A DNA stretch of 64,000 nucleotides from Candidatus Latescibacterota bacterium (GCA_965205975.1 OZ242195.1:3776001-3840000); one strand, 5' to 3'. Shown: positions 1 through 10,940, numbered from the stretch's first letter. Numbers and translations: made by a program. Notes: generated by a model from the sequence alone, not told the origin.

Positions 1-46
1 AATTTCTTTCCTTGTTATACCCCTTCACCCCAAAACGAGGCACCCA

Positions 47-2638
47 ATGACACGCCTACTAATCGTCCTCATCGCATTGATCGGCCTGGGCACACCGGCT
101 CATTCTCGCGTTGACATCAGCTATTACCTGCCCGAAAGCACGACCTACGACCCCAACATCCCCACACCCGAAGCCTTTTTCGGATTTCAGATTGGCGATT
201 GGCACCTGCGGCACGACCTCATCGTAAACTACATGCACACATTGGCCGAACGCTCTGACCGCATAGTCCTCACGCAATACGCCCAAACACACCAGCAACG
301 TCCCCTATTATTACTCACCATCACATCCCCACAAAATCACCAGAACCTCGAAACCATCCAGATACAACACCGGCAACTCACAAACCCGGACCAGTCGCCC
401 GCGCTCGACATCAACACAATGCCCGTAGTCGTGTACATGGGATATAGCATCCACGGCAATGAACCCAGCGGAGGCAACGCCGCGCCATTAATTGCATATC
501 ACCTATCAGCGGCGCAAGGTCCCGCCATAGACAACCTCCTCGCCAACGCCGTCATTTTGCTCGATCCCGTATCCAATCCCGACGGCTTTAGTCGCTTTGC
601 ACACTGGGCAAACATGTACCGCAGCAAACAACTCGTTGCCGATCCCGAGCACCGGGAACATCGAGAAATCTGGCCGAGCGGACGCACCAACCACTACTGG
701 TTTGACCTCAACCGCGACTGGGTATTTATCCAGCATCCCGAAAGCCGAGGGCGGATTGAAACATTCCACGCCTGGAAACCCAACATGCTCACCGACCACC
801 ATGAAATGAACACCAATTCCACTTACTTCTTTCAACCGGGCATACCCTCGCGCAACAATCCCCTCACGCCAGCACGCACTTATGAACTCACCGCTGCAAT
901 CGCCGAACGCCACGTCAGCGCGCTCGATAAAATTGGCACACTATATTACACACGGGAGTCATTCGACGACTTTTACATCGGCAAAGGATCGACCTATCCC
1001 GATCTCAACGGCGGCGTGGGCCTTCTCTTTGAGCAAGCCAGCGCACGCGGACTTATGCAAGAAAGCATTCACGGACCGATCTCCTTTCCCTTTGCCATAC
1101 GCAATCAGATAAGAACCGCCCTATCAGCGCTCCAGGCAGCCCGTGAACTGCGCACCGAACTGCTATCGCATCAGCGCGATTTTTACATCTCCGCAACCCG
1201 GGAAGCCGAGGGTGCCGCCATCAAAGCTTATGTTGTTGGCGATCCGGATGACCTGGCGCGCACCCATCATTTTCTCGACATACTCCAACAGCACCACATA
1301 CAGATCTATGACCTCGCACGCCCCATGCGCGTCGGCAGTCAGACCTTCCAGCCCGGCTCGGCCTATATCATTCCCACCGCGCAACCGCAATACCGCTTGC
1401 TCACCAGCCTGTTTGAACGCCGTACCACCTTTACAGACAGCTTATTTTACGATGTCTCAGCCTGGACACTGCCCCTATCATTTAACATGCCCCTATTAGA
1501 AATCAAATCGTCATCCCAGGAATTTATCGGCGACCTCTTGCCGCCGTCTAAATTTCCTCGTGGCCGTCTGTCTGTCTCCAATCCGGAGATCAATACTTAT
1601 GCGTACCTTTTTGAGTGGAACGGACATTATGCACCCCGCGCACTCTACCGCCTGCAAAAAGCCGGCATAAGAGCCAAAGTAGCCTCGCGACCGTTCAGCA
1701 TGCGTATTTCCTCAGACTCGGAGAATGAGCGCTTATTTGACTACGGCACCATACTCATCCCCATGGGCATTCAAAAAAATGATCCACAAACAATTCGAAA
1801 CCTCATGCAAACAATCGCACGCGAAGATGCTCTCAACGTATTTGCCGTCTCCACCGGACAGACCGACAGCGGTATTGACCTGGGCAGCCCGGGGTTTGTC
1901 CCCCTCGAAACACCTCAAATAGCCCTTTTAATTGGCAAAGGCGCCGATGTCTATAACGCCGGTGAAGTGTGGCATTTGTTAGACCAGCGCTATAATATGT
2001 CCATCAGCCTCATAGACGCCAGCCATGTGCGCGATATAGACCTCAATCGCTATAATACAGTAATCGCAGCAGGCGGGTCGTATAGCAACCTCGACTCTAC
2101 TGGCGTCAACGCCTTAAAACAGTGGTTGCGCCAGGGCAACACACTCATAGCACTCAACAGTGCGGTTCGCTGGGCCATCAATTCCAAACTCGCCAGTGCC
2201 CAATTCGTCGAGCGAAATCGAGAAAATTACAGTGACCGCAAAGCTTATATCGGCGCCCCCAGCGACCGGGGAGCGCAAATTATTGGCGGTGCCATCTTTC
2301 GGGTTCACCTGGACCGCACCCATCCCCTCGCCTATGGGTATCGCGATGACAGCCTGCCAGTCTTTCGGCGCGGCACACTCTTTATCAAACCTGCAAACCC
2401 TTATGCCACCCCTTTGCAATACGCCAAACAGCCCTTGCTCGCAGGTTATATCTCTGAACAGAACCACAATTACATCGCCGAAACCGCATCCACTCTCGTC
2501 GCCAAACAGGGCTATGGCCGCGTCATACTCATGCTCGACAACCCCACCTTCCGCGCCTATTGGTACGGCACCCAAAAACTCTTTGCCAACGCCCTCTTCT
2601 TTGGTCCCACCATCAGTCTTAGCACATTGGACGAATAA
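47..2638 (+). CDS. Secreted M14-family zinc carboxypeptidase
   Basis: Signal peptide; HGNE zinc motif, NPDG, DLNRD, later HHE; RBS-like GAGG upstream. Confidence 0.85.
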   Translation: MTRLLIVLIALIGLGTPAHSRVDISYYLPESTTYDPNIPTPEAFFGFQIGDWHLRHDLIVNYMHTLAERSDRIVLTQYAQTHQQRPLLLLTITSPQNHQNLETIQIQHRQLTNPDQSPALDINTMPVVVYMGYSIHGNEPSGGNAAPLIAYHLSAAQGPAIDNLLANAVILLDPVSNPDGFSRFAHWANMYRSKQLVADPEHREHREIWPSGRTNHYWFDLNRDWVFIQHPESRGRIETFHAWKPNMLTDHHEMNTNSTYFFQPGIPSRNNPLTPARTYELTAAIAERHVSALDKIGTLYYTRESFDDFYIGKGSTYPDLNGGVGLLFEQASARGLMQESIHGPISFPFAIRNQIRTALSALQAARELRTELLSHQRDFYISATREAEGAAIKAYVVGDPDDLARTHHFLDILQQHHIQIYDLARPMRVGSQTFQPGSAYIIPTAQPQYRLLTSLFERRTTFTDSLFYDVSAWTLPLSFNMPLLEIKSSSQEFIGDLLPPSKFPRGRLSVSNPEINTYAYLFEWNGHYAPRALYRLQKAGIRAKVASRPFSMRISSDSENERLFDYGTILIPMGIQKNDPQTIRNLMQTIAREDALNVFAVSTGQTDSGIDLGSPGFVPLETPQIALLIGKGADVYNAGEVWHLLDQRYNMSISLIDASHVRDIDLNRYNTVIAAGGSYSNLDSTGVNALKQWLRQGNTLIALNSAVRWAINSKLASAQFVERNRENYSDRKAYIGAPSDRGAQIIGGAIFRVHLDRTHPLAYGYRDDSLPVFRRGTLFIKPANPYATPLQYAKQPLLAGYISEQNHNYIAETASTLVAKQGYGRVILMLDNPTFRAYWYGTQKLFANALFFGPTISLSTLDE

Positions 2639-2656
2639 TCGGCGCGTTCCATCAGC

Positions 2657-2727
2657 GGGCGACCACAGGGGGTTGTCCCTACAACAAACCACAATATCAT
2701 CGTAGGGGACGGCCCCTGTGCCATCCC
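2657..2727. repeat. Inverted pair of GTAG-type REP-like palindromes
   Basis: GGGCGACCACAGGGGGTTGTCCCTAC (2657-2682) and GTAGGGGACGGCCCCTGTGCCATCCC (2702-2727). Confidence 0.75.
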
Positions 2728-2741
2728 AGTATTCAGCGAAT

Positions 2742-2782
2742 AACAAAAGAGCACTGATTCTAAGAACCAGTGCTCTTTTGTT
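2742..2782. terminator. Bidirectional intrinsic terminator
   Basis: AACAAAAGAGCACTG...CAGTGCTCTTTTGTT stem between convergent genes. Confidence 0.8.
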
Positions 2783-2806
2783 TTATCCGCATCAGGGCTT
2801 TTGTTT

Positions 2807-3577
2807 TCACCGTTGAATATCATAGCGCGTGGCATCTTTGGGCACGGGCAAAACAAAATCTTCGTCTGACAGACCCATATTAATGGCACGCGATTTGACC
2901 TGGATGAGCATCACATCCTCACCTTGCTGAATCTCGATGCGACGGGGTAGTGCAAAGCCGTCATCCATGCGATAATCGGACAGAATGCGCGCCGATACGA
3001 GTTGCCCATCGGCATTATAAACTCTTTCTTCGCGCAAAAAACCCGTACGCGCTTCAATCCAGAGACGGCGCAAATAGAGGTCGTGTTGCAACTCGAGAAA
3101 GATATTTTTTTCTCCGGGTTCAAAACGCACCACACGGGAGGCATCCAGAGGGGAAAGATTGGGCAGACCGAGAATAGCGCGATCGTACGCATAATAGGAC
3201 AAATCAACATCCGTGAGTACGTAGAGCACATCTTCGGGATTGCCCACGAGATAGTGATTCTCGCGGGGCAGGTGAACGTGTAGCGTATCGTTTTGGGCAC
3301 GCGCGGCCATGACCACAGTGCCGAAACCGCCAACGACGAGTTTGAGATCCGAAGGGAATCGGTGGCGCACAAGCGCAGAAGCCCTGCGTTCGCGCACCCC
3401 ATCAACAGTGAGATCAACACTGGCGCGAACCTCCTGATTGTACAAACTGTCGTAGCGGGTAGCGATGAGATGGAAAAATTCGGTTGAAGAAGTAACAGGC
3501 GGCAAAAGAGCGGGGCGATTGGCGACACAGCCAACGATCAGAAAGAGGAGAATAAGTAGGCATCTACGATTGTGCAT
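2807..3577 (-). CDS. Lipoprotein, LolA/DUF4292-like
   Basis: Lipobox IVGC; C-terminal DYR..GFALPRRIEI...INMGLSDEDF pattern; follows the TPR lipoprotein. Confidence 0.65.
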   Translation of the reverse strand: MHNRRCLLILLFLIVGCVANRPALLPPVTSSTEFFHLIATRYDSLYNQEVRASVDLTVDGVRERRASALVRHRFPSDLKLVVGGFGTVVMAARAQNDTLHVHLPRENHYLVGNPEDVLYVLTDVDLSYYAYDRAILGLPNLSPLDASRVVRFEPGEKNIFLELQHDLYLRRLWIEARTGFLREERVYNADGQLVSARILSDYRMDDGFALPRRIEIQQGEDVMLIQVKSRAINMGLSDEDFVLPVPKDATRYDIQR

Positions 3578-3602
3578 TGAGCCTTTGGGGCGGTAGGGTG
3601 GG

Positions 3603-3655
3603 ATTCGTCTATTCGTCTATTCGTCTATTCGTCTATTCGTCTATTCGTCTATTCG
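3603..3655. repeat. Octamer tandem repeat (ATTCGTCT)x6 plus partial
   Basis: Directly visible; overlaps the TAG stop of the TPR gene. Confidence 0.95.
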
Positions 3656-5556
3656 GAATAACTGGCGTCTTTGGAAAGATTTTTGAATTTTTCCCGCAGA
3701 GTCTGGTTATCGGGATCAAATTCTATAGCGCGTTCATAATGATGGCTTGCGCGGGAGAAATCGCCCATTTTGTGCGCTGTGTCTCCCGCGTGCTCGTGGA
3801 TGACCGCGAGATTTTCGCGCAGACCATCTACGATCGGGGAATTGGGATTGGTTTGGCGAAGGATTTCTTCCTCTACGGTGAGTGCGCGGTCCAACCAGCG
3901 CGCGGCATTTTCATACTGTTTGAGCTGATAATAGACCCAGCCGAGGCTATCGAGATAAGCACCATTCTCAGGGTCATTTTTCAGGGCGCGTTCAATTAAC
4001 TTTTTCGCTTCAGTGAGGCGTTCACCGCGCTCGGCGAGCATATACCCCAAATAATTGCTGGCCTCTGCGTGATCCTGATCCAGTGCCAAAAGACGTTGAA
4101 ATATAGCGACAGCGCGATCGAACTGTCCCGCCCGTTCAAGACTGCGCCCCAGATCAAAGAGCACATGCTCGAGAAATTCGGGATTGTCTTCCGTATCTGT
4201 GATAAGTGGCTCCAGCAGGGGAATGGCTTTTTCCCAGTTGCGATCAAAAAGATATGTACGCGCCAGTTCGTAGCGAAAACCCGTGTGCTCTGGCCTCGCG
4301 TCAACAGCCTGTTGATAGATATTGCGCGCACTGGCAATTTCGCCCTGCCGCAGATAAACGCGGGCGAGGTCAAACGCGATTTGATCGTAATACTCGCTTT
4401 CAGAGCGCGTGTCTCGATGAAGTTTTTCCAAAATCTGTTGCGCGCTTGCCCAGTTTTCTTCAACTCTGTAAGAACGGGCTATACCGAGATGATATTCGGT
4501 CTTTTCACCCTGCAAGTTGGCGTGGCGATAAGTTTTGCGCGCATCTGCCGTACGATTGACATCGAGCAACAAACGGGCTTTTGTGCCCAGCAGGGTCTGA
4601 TTTTCGGGATCGGTTTGCAACTGGTGATTGAGAACGCGTTCGGCCATATCGGCAAATAGCATTCTCTCATCGTGATCGTGACGGCCCCTCACCATTCTGA
4701 GAAGCACATTGCCCAACCGATTGACCAGGTGGGTATCTGGTGGCATTTCTTCAAGAATGCGATTTAGATGGTATTTGTGAGTATAAATATGTACTAATTG
4801 AACCCAGACTGGAACAGTCTGCTTGGTAACGTTATAATCTCGCCGCGTGATTATCCGCCGAAAATTTTGTTCAGCAGATAGCGTATCGCCCCGAGAGAAC
4901 TGTGTTATGCCCAGTTGAAAAAGGAGATCGTCGTTATTGGGATCATCTTCGAGGATATCGCGATAAATTTGCGCTGCTTTGTCAAACGCGCGCAGCCGAT
5001 GGTAGTTCTCAGCGGCAAAGAGCTTTTCCTGCGCGCCCTGTCCTGGAATAGCAACAATGCTGTCAAGCACCGTTATGACTTTACTGCGCTGCCCCCGGGC
5101 ATTGTAAATTTGGAGAAGTTGATTATAAGCACTCAGGTCTCGCGGCGCGAGTCGCACAATAGTATTTAACTGGTCAATAGCTGTGGTAGTATCGCGCAAG
5201 CCCCGGCTGAGAGCGTGATAATAGAGCCAGCGGGTCTGCACATTTTTGGGATCAATTTGAATGGCTCGCCGCGCGGGTTCGACCGCATCTTGAAACCGTC
5301 GAACAGCATTGAGATTGCGAGCCAGTGCGCTGTAAAGCGTCGCAGAAGTCGAATCGTACTGCACAGCAGCTCGCAGTTCGGAAATAGCCTGATCGCGTTG
5401 GCCTGCGGCTTCTGCAAATCGCGCCCGCAAAAAGTGCGTAACAGCCTGGGGATGCGGAGGTGTTTTCTTTGGTACAGACCGCAAGCTAATTTGCGGTTGC
5501 TGCGCTGTTGCACAGCCGATGAGCAATGTAAGCAAACATAAGAATGTGTAACGCAT
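3649..5556 (-). CDS. TPR-repeat lipoprotein
   Basis: Lipobox LIGC; TPRs including ASNYLGYMLAE and YLDSLGWVYY. Confidence 0.85.
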   Translation of the reverse strand: MRYTFLCLLTLLIGCATAQQPQISLRSVPKKTPPHPQAVTHFLRARFAEAAGQRDQAISELRAAVQYDSTSATLYSALARNLNAVRRFQDAVEPARRAIQIDPKNVQTRWLYYHALSRGLRDTTTAIDQLNTIVRLAPRDLSAYNQLLQIYNARGQRSKVITVLDSIVAIPGQGAQEKLFAAENYHRLRAFDKAAQIYRDILEDDPNNDDLLFQLGITQFSRGDTLSAEQNFRRIITRRDYNVTKQTVPVWVQLVHIYTHKYHLNRILEEMPPDTHLVNRLGNVLLRMVRGRHDHDERMLFADMAERVLNHQLQTDPENQTLLGTKARLLLDVNRTADARKTYRHANLQGEKTEYHLGIARSYRVEENWASAQQILEKLHRDTRSESEYYDQIAFDLARVYLRQGEIASARNIYQQAVDARPEHTGFRYELARTYLFDRNWEKAIPLLEPLITDTEDNPEFLEHVLFDLGRSLERAGQFDRAVAIFQRLLALDQDHAEASNYLGYMLAERGERLTEAKKLIERALKNDPENGAYLDSLGWVYYQLKQYENAARWLDRALTVEEEILRQTNPNSPIVDGLRENLAVIHEHAGDTAHKMGDFSRASHHYERAIEFDPDNQTLREKFKNLSKDASYSE

Positions 5557-5560
5557 GATC

Positions 5561-6811
5561 TTAATCCCTATGTGGGCGAATTTTTGATTTGGATTTTTTG
5601 AACTCCCACATCAGTTCGCTGCGGCCAAAATCGGTTTCGCGAGACTGCACGATGAGTTTGATGTACTTTGTCTGATCTGAAACAACCGGTGTTTTCATAA
5701 CCGTGTGCGCAGAAAAATAAAGTATAAGCAATTTTTCATTGCCCACATAAGTAATATTCATGGGGGGTTCTGCAAAATAGCGCACTTTTTCACCGGGCGT
5801 ATAAGTGGGAGAAATATACGTACCAAATACATCCGTAACTTCCATTTCTCTGCCCGGTACAGAAACTTTGAGTGCTTCGAGCGGATAAAATGCCCGTTCT
5901 TCAATTTTGTCGGGTTCATACCCGATCTCTTCGCTGTCTTCGAGGTAAATTATCCAGCGACTCAGATCGAGATACGCCTTGTCGTAAATGGTATTGAATT
6001 TTAAGCGAATTTGAATATCGTCATCGAGTCGGTTTTGGCTGGCATACGCATCCCATGTCTGGGCAGAAATGCTGTCGGGACCGTAGTGGGTTTGCAACAT
6101 GTCAAATTCTGAACGCACGAGATCGGGGACGTAAAGCGTAGCTGAGATGAGCAGTGGGGAACGCACGACGCGATAGCGTTCGGAAACGTTCAACTCTCGG
6201 AATTGCAAATCGGGATGTTCGGCAATACTCGGCGCCTGTGACAAATTGTCTATAGGACGCACCGTGGGAACAAAGCTGCGCACAGTCCATACCTTGAGCA
6301 ATTGCGGATATGTCCAGGTATTATCTGGATCGGGTTCTGAAGGCAGGACGAGTTTATAGACCTCTTTTTTTCCCGAAAATTCGGGAAAAAGCGGGGAGTT
6401 TTGAACGTGGTAATAGGGATATTGTGCAATGGGAACGGCAAAAACATCGCCCTTGCCAATGAGTTTATCCAGGCGTTCAATTTGCTTGCTATCAAGCGCA
6501 GTTTTGAGCGCATCAAACACGGCGCTGGCACTGTCATTAGCACTTTGTCTCAGATTTCTCAGATCTTTGAGTTTGGGAATATAGCCCTGCCACAAAAGGG
6601 CTTCATTGGTACGGCGCGCGCGTTCGGTTTGATATTCAATCACGACATCGCGAAGTGCGGAAACGCGTTTGGCAATATGCTCTTTCTGATCGCCCTTCGC
6701 CTTGAGGTGTTTGCTCAACCGATCCGCTTCAAGCAGGTCCTTCGTATTGGCACCCCAGGCAGTTTGAAGCGCAAAAAGGAAAATCGCGACAAAACTTGCT
6801 CGGAAAAACAT
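5561..6811 (-). CDS. Secreted hypothetical protein
   Basis: 416-aa ORF with signal peptide (AWG-A), 4 nt from the next gene. Confidence 0.7.
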   Translation of the reverse strand: MFFRASFVAIFLFALQTAWGANTKDLLEADRLSKHLKAKGDQKEHIAKRVSALRDVVIEYQTERARRTNEALLWQGYIPKLKDLRNLRQSANDSASAVFDALKTALDSKQIERLDKLIGKGDVFAVPIAQYPYYHVQNSPLFPEFSGKKEVYKLVLPSEPDPDNTWTYPQLLKVWTVRSFVPTVRPIDNLSQAPSIAEHPDLQFRELNVSERYRVVRSPLLISATLYVPDLVRSEFDMLQTHYGPDSISAQTWDAYASQNRLDDDIQIRLKFNTIYDKAYLDLSRWIIYLEDSEEIGYEPDKIEERAFYPLEALKVSVPGREMEVTDVFGTYISPTYTPGEKVRYFAEPPMNITYVGNEKLLILYFSAHTVMKTPVVSDQTKYIKLIVQSRETDFGRSELMWEFKKSKSKIRPHRD

Positions 6812-6892
6812 GATATGTCCATTGTTGAATATTTTGATTTAAAACCAATCCCTATTTTAATGTTTGAGAGTCCAAAAGGTTCAAAATTGCGT

Positions 6893-9055
6893 TTATCTCC
6901 GTCCGCGTCTCTTCCGCGCGCGTTTGGCGCGATTGTTGCGGCGATGCGGGATGTGTTTCAGCAGGTGAAAATCTATCCGCAGGCGTTGCTGGTCGAGTTG
7001 GGCGAGTTGTACCTGAACCGAATCGCCGAGTCGGAAAATCGTTCCCGTGGATTCACCGACGAGTGCGCCTTGCAACTCGTGGTAAATATAATAATCATCG
7101 TAGAGATATTTGACGTGAACCAGGCCCTCGATGAGAACAGCATTGAGTTGAACAAAAAAACCAATAGAACGCACATCGACGATAACAGCATCGAAACACT
7201 CGCCCATTTTGTCTTTCAAATACAGAATCTGCATAAGCCGAATAGCATCCCACTCGGCTTGTTGCGCAGCGATCTCGCGTTGCGTCGCCAGATCCCCGAT
7301 ATCGGGCAAGCGACGGGCGCGACGCGCCATCTGTCCGGGTGTGATCGCATCGTTGATCGCATCGCGCAAGATGCGGTGAAGAATCAAATCGGGGTAGCGT
7401 CGAATGGGCGATGTGAAATGCGTATAAGTATCGCAAGCCAGCCCAAAATGACCGACATTGTCGGGCGTGTACACGGCTTTTTTCATTGAACGCAACAGGC
7501 GATGGCTCAAAATATGACCGATAGGCTCATCCTTGAAATTGGCGAGAAACGCCTGGATGCTATCTATCCGCGAAGGATTGGAAAGACGATACCCCAGTGT
7601 TTTGGCCAGATCGCAAAACGCGGCGAGTTTTTCACCATCGGGCGGTTCGTGGACCCGATAGAGAATCGGGACGCCGCTATCGGCCATGCGCCGCGCGACA
7701 ATCTCATTGGCCAGAAGCATAAATTCTTCAATGAGTCGGTGGCTATTCAAACGGGCGCGGGGACGAATGTGAATTGGGTGGCCCTGATCATCGAGAATAA
7801 TACGGGGTTCGGGAATTTCAAAATCAATCGTACCCCTTGCCATGCGTTTCCCCGTCAGACATCTTCTCAGAGCCTCCATATGCATGAGAACATCGGTGTA
7901 TGGTTCGGCGGGATTATCGTGAATTGTATGCAAATCGCGGTCGAGCACTTGCTGAACCTCTTCATAAGACAGACTCGCTCGGCTGCGTATAACCGTCTCT
8001 GCAATTTGGGCGTCAATCAGCTTGCCTTCGGGGGTGATATACGCCAGAATACTCAGCGTTAGACGATCTTCACAGGGCTGTAAAGAACAGATATTTGCCG
8101 AGAGTTTTTCCGGCAACATGGGAATGACGCGATCGGGCAAATACACGCTACTACCGCGCGTGAGAGCTTCGTGGTCGAGAGACGAGCCTTCGGGAACATA
8201 GTAACTGACATCGGCAATATGAATGCCCAGACAATAGGTCTGATCATCGAGAACCTGGAGCGACACAGCATCGTCGTGATCGCGCGCATCGGCTGGATCA
8301 ATCGTAAAACAGACCAAATCGCGCAAATCGAGGCGACGGTCAATCTCCTCTGTGGGAATACCTTCTGGAATCGCTTCTGTAGCATCGAGAACATGTTGCG
8401 GGAAAACGAGAGGAAGACCGAGTTTTTTGATGAGAATAAGGGTCTCAATCCCCGCATCGTCCGCATTGCCCAGAACCTCGACAATCCGCCCATCGGGATG
8501 GGCATTGGGCGAGGAATATGTGAAACGCACAACCACCTTTTGCCCCGCCTTAGCGCCGCAGGTCAGGTCATCGGGGATATGAACGCGTCCGCGGATACGC
8601 GGATCGTCGGAAGTGACGAGAGAAACGCCATCATACGTACCCACCATTGTTTGCTCGGCGCGTTCCACAATGCGAATCAACTCGCCTTCTGCGCGATCGC
8701 TGCCCTGTGCCTTGCGCGTGAGGCGCGCCACAGCGCGGTCGCCGTGTCGCGCACGCCTCATGTATCTCGCACCGATAAAAATATCTGCGCCGCCATCTTC
8801 GGGCGCGAGCAGACCATATCCACTGGCCTGGACACTGATGCGACCGACGACGAGATTGTGTTCAGACGGAATCCCATAACGGCTGTGGCGCAATTTTACG
8901 AGGTCACCATCGCGCACCATGCCGCGAATCAGGCGGCGAAAATCTGAATAAGCCCGATCAGAAACGCGAAGAGCGCGAGCAAGTTCCCTGATCTTGAGCG
9001 GACGCCTGTGTTGTTGGCGCACAAAATTCAGTACCTGATCGCGAGAGACAGACAT
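6893..9055 (-). CDS. rnr: Ribonuclease R
   Basis: TIDPADARDHDDA, HFTSPIRRYPDL, S1 domain and basic tail; start taken at MSVSRDQ. Confidence 0.95.
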   Translation of the reverse strand: MSVSRDQVLNFVRQQHRRPLKIRELARALRVSDRAYSDFRRLIRGMVRDGDLVKLRHSRYGIPSEHNLVVGRISVQASGYGLLAPEDGGADIFIGARYMRRARHGDRAVARLTRKAQGSDRAEGELIRIVERAEQTMVGTYDGVSLVTSDDPRIRGRVHIPDDLTCGAKAGQKVVVRFTYSSPNAHPDGRIVEVLGNADDAGIETLILIKKLGLPLVFPQHVLDATEAIPEGIPTEEIDRRLDLRDLVCFTIDPADARDHDDAVSLQVLDDQTYCLGIHIADVSYYVPEGSSLDHEALTRGSSVYLPDRVIPMLPEKLSANICSLQPCEDRLTLSILAYITPEGKLIDAQIAETVIRSRASLSYEEVQQVLDRDLHTIHDNPAEPYTDVLMHMEALRRCLTGKRMARGTIDFEIPEPRIILDDQGHPIHIRPRARLNSHRLIEEFMLLANEIVARRMADSGVPILYRVHEPPDGEKLAAFCDLAKTLGYRLSNPSRIDSIQAFLANFKDEPIGHILSHRLLRSMKKAVYTPDNVGHFGLACDTYTHFTSPIRRYPDLILHRILRDAINDAITPGQMARRARRLPDIGDLATQREIAAQQAEWDAIRLMQILYLKDKMGECFDAVIVDVRSIGFFVQLNAVLIEGLVHVKYLYDDYYIYHELQGALVGESTGTIFRLGDSVQVQLAQLDQQRLRIDFHLLKHIPHRRNNRAKRARKRRGRR

Positions 9056-9176
9056 ATTTTTTATAGGGACCAATAGCAGACAAACAGGCGGGAGATATGG
9101 TGGCGATGTGTGAACGAAATCATTATACTGCTGAGGATAACTCAAGGCAAATATACAGAAAGGGGGCGAAAAAGCA

Positions 9177-10262
9177 ATGCAAAACCTCTACCGGCTAATC
9201 GCAATAGCTCTCTTGTGCTTTGGGGGATGCGCCGCGCAATATGTTCTGGCACCCGACGGGGAATACGATTATCGCGTGCCCGTTGGGCGAGGTGATGCCC
9301 GGGCGGGATTTGAAACCCTATTTGCTTCCACCGTAAAAGTCGTGTGGACACCCCAATATACCAACGTGTTTTACACGCATGATATGAGAAACGACAGAGG
9401 CTTATTGCTCCATTTGCCTTTAAGAGATGAAAACAGCCCAACTGGCTATCGGCTATTGCGAAATGGCATCCGCGAAACCGTCGATTCTTATTCCAAAGTG
9501 GGCACCGCGCTCGTGATTTCGCGACAATCTGTGGCCAATCAATACAATGTGGCAGTTGCACTGACAAATGCACATCTGGTAACAGCACCGGATACCATTC
9601 GGTATTTCATGCGGGACGCCCGGGGCATGGAAACAACGGTACTCGAACAGATCTCCATTAAAATCAGCACCTCATTGCACGTGGTCAATCGCGATGGCGA
9701 ACGCATCTCTGCGAAAATCGTGCGCCTCGATCCCGGAGCAGACCTATCTTTGCTCAAACTCAACATTCCCCATTTGATGAAAAAACCATGGCCTTTTTTG
9801 CTGCGACTGGGCAAAACATCGGATCTGCAATGGGGCAATTTTGTCTATATCGCAGGTCATCCAAAAAATAAGATGCATCTCACTGCGGGCACCGTGAGTT
9901 TAGACGAAGACGACGATCGGTTTTTTGTCGATGCGCCCATCCGTGCGGGCTACAGTGGCGGGCCTGTGGTCGCCGTACGAGATGGCTTGCCCAATTTTGA
10001 ACTCGTGGGCCTTTGTCGGGGCGCCACAACAGAAACATTCCGCTTGTTGGTGCCCCACCAGAGATTGAATGAAGGTGCGACATTATCGCCCGACTTGCTC
10101 GATCAAATCTCGGTTGAAGAGCGCGAGATGGTGGAACCCGGTCTGGGTATTATCGTGGGCATAGAAGCCGTCAAACGGTTTTTATTGGACAGTCGCGAAC
10201 AGCTTCGCGAGAACGGTGTAGATATCAAAACCGATGCGGCATTGCGAATGTGGGGATTTTGA
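9177..10262 (+). CDS. Trypsin-like serine protease lipoprotein
   Basis: Lipobox FGGC; TNAHLV, DLSLL, GYSGGP catalytic-triad motifs. Confidence 0.85.
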   Translation: MQNLYRLIAIALLCFGGCAAQYVLAPDGEYDYRVPVGRGDARAGFETLFASTVKVVWTPQYTNVFYTHDMRNDRGLLLHLPLRDENSPTGYRLLRNGIRETVDSYSKVGTALVISRQSVANQYNVAVALTNAHLVTAPDTIRYFMRDARGMETTVLEQISIKISTSLHVVNRDGERISAKIVRLDPGADLSLLKLNIPHLMKKPWPFLLRLGKTSDLQWGNFVYIAGHPKNKMHLTAGTVSLDEDDDRFFVDAPIRAGYSGGPVVAVRDGLPNFELVGLCRGATTETFRLLVPHQRLNEGATLSPDLLDQISVEEREMVEPGLGIIVGIEAVKRFLLDSREQLRENGVDIKTDAALRMWGF

Positions 10263-10302
10263 ATCCACGGGGATATGTATTATATTGTCGGACGGATTTT
10301 TT

Positions 10303-10328
10303 GTAGGGGCGCCCCCCTGTGGTCGCCC
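10303..10328 (+). repeat. GTAG-type REP-like palindrome
   Basis: GTAGGGGCGCCCCCCTGTGGTCGCCC. Confidence 0.75.
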
Positions 10329-10354
10329 GCTGACCTTTTCACAAGGAGATCAAT

Positions 10355-10807
10355 ATGAAACATTTTACCATTTCTTTACTGAGCGTATTCCTTCTTCCCG
10401 TTCTCGTCGGGGCGCACTGCGAAATACCGTGTGGGATCTATGGCGATGAGGGTCGGTTTGCTCTGCTATTGGAAAACGCGACCACCATTGAAAAATCGAT
10501 GAATGAAATCAACAAATTGTCGGGAGAAAGCGAAAACAACAACAACCAGATCGTGCGGTGGGTCGTCAACAAAGAGCACCATGCCGATCAGATTCGCGAT
10601 ATTGTCGCACAATACTTCCTGGCACAGCGGATCACAGAACCCGCGGAAGGGGATACCGCCGCGGCAAAAGCCTATACTGAAAAACTAATAGCCCTGCACA
10701 AAATCATCCGCACGGCAATGAAGTGCAAACAAACCACAGACCCGAAAAACGCGCAGACCTTGCGCGATCACATAAACGCTTTTCAGGTGCTCTACAACGC
10801 AAAATAA
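10355..10807 (+). CDS. sodN: Nickel superoxide dismutase precursor
   Basis: Ni-hook HCEIPCGIY directly after signal peptide; KEHHA and KCKQT motifs; AAGGAG RBS. Confidence 0.92.
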   Translation: MKHFTISLLSVFLLPVLVGAHCEIPCGIYGDEGRFALLLENATTIEKSMNEINKLSGESENNNNQIVRWVVNKEHHADQIRDIVAQYFLAQRITEPAEGDTAAAKAYTEKLIALHKIIRTAMKCKQTTDPKNAQTLRDHINAFQVLYNAK

Positions 10808-10813
10808 AGGACC

Positions 10814-10894
10814 GGGACGGCACAGGAGCCTGCCCCTACGAGATCTCGGGCGGTACCCACCCGTCACCGCGGCATGATGTTGAGCCGCGATCCA
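10814..10894. repeat. Composite repeat: REP-like unit plus GATCGCGG hairpin repeat
   Basis: REP 10814-10839; GTCACCGCGGCATGATGTTGAGCCGCGATCCA 10863-10894. Confidence 0.75.
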
Positions 10895-10898
10895 ATTT

Positions 10899-10940
10899 AT
10901 GGGACAATCTCGATTGAGATTGTCCCATTTTTTTATTTTT
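10899..10940 (+). terminator. Intrinsic terminator after sodN
   Basis: 13-bp perfect stem ATGGGACAATCTC/GAGATTGTCCCAT plus T-run. Confidence 0.85.

Noticed and set aside
3603..3655. Short tandem and dispersed repeats as a CRISPR array
   Set aside because: No regular repeat-spacer period and no cas genes
6401..8947. Long antisense ORFs over rnr, and similar ones over hemE, glnA, pyrD and hsdR
   Set aside because: Shadow frames of well-supported genes with no motifs of their own
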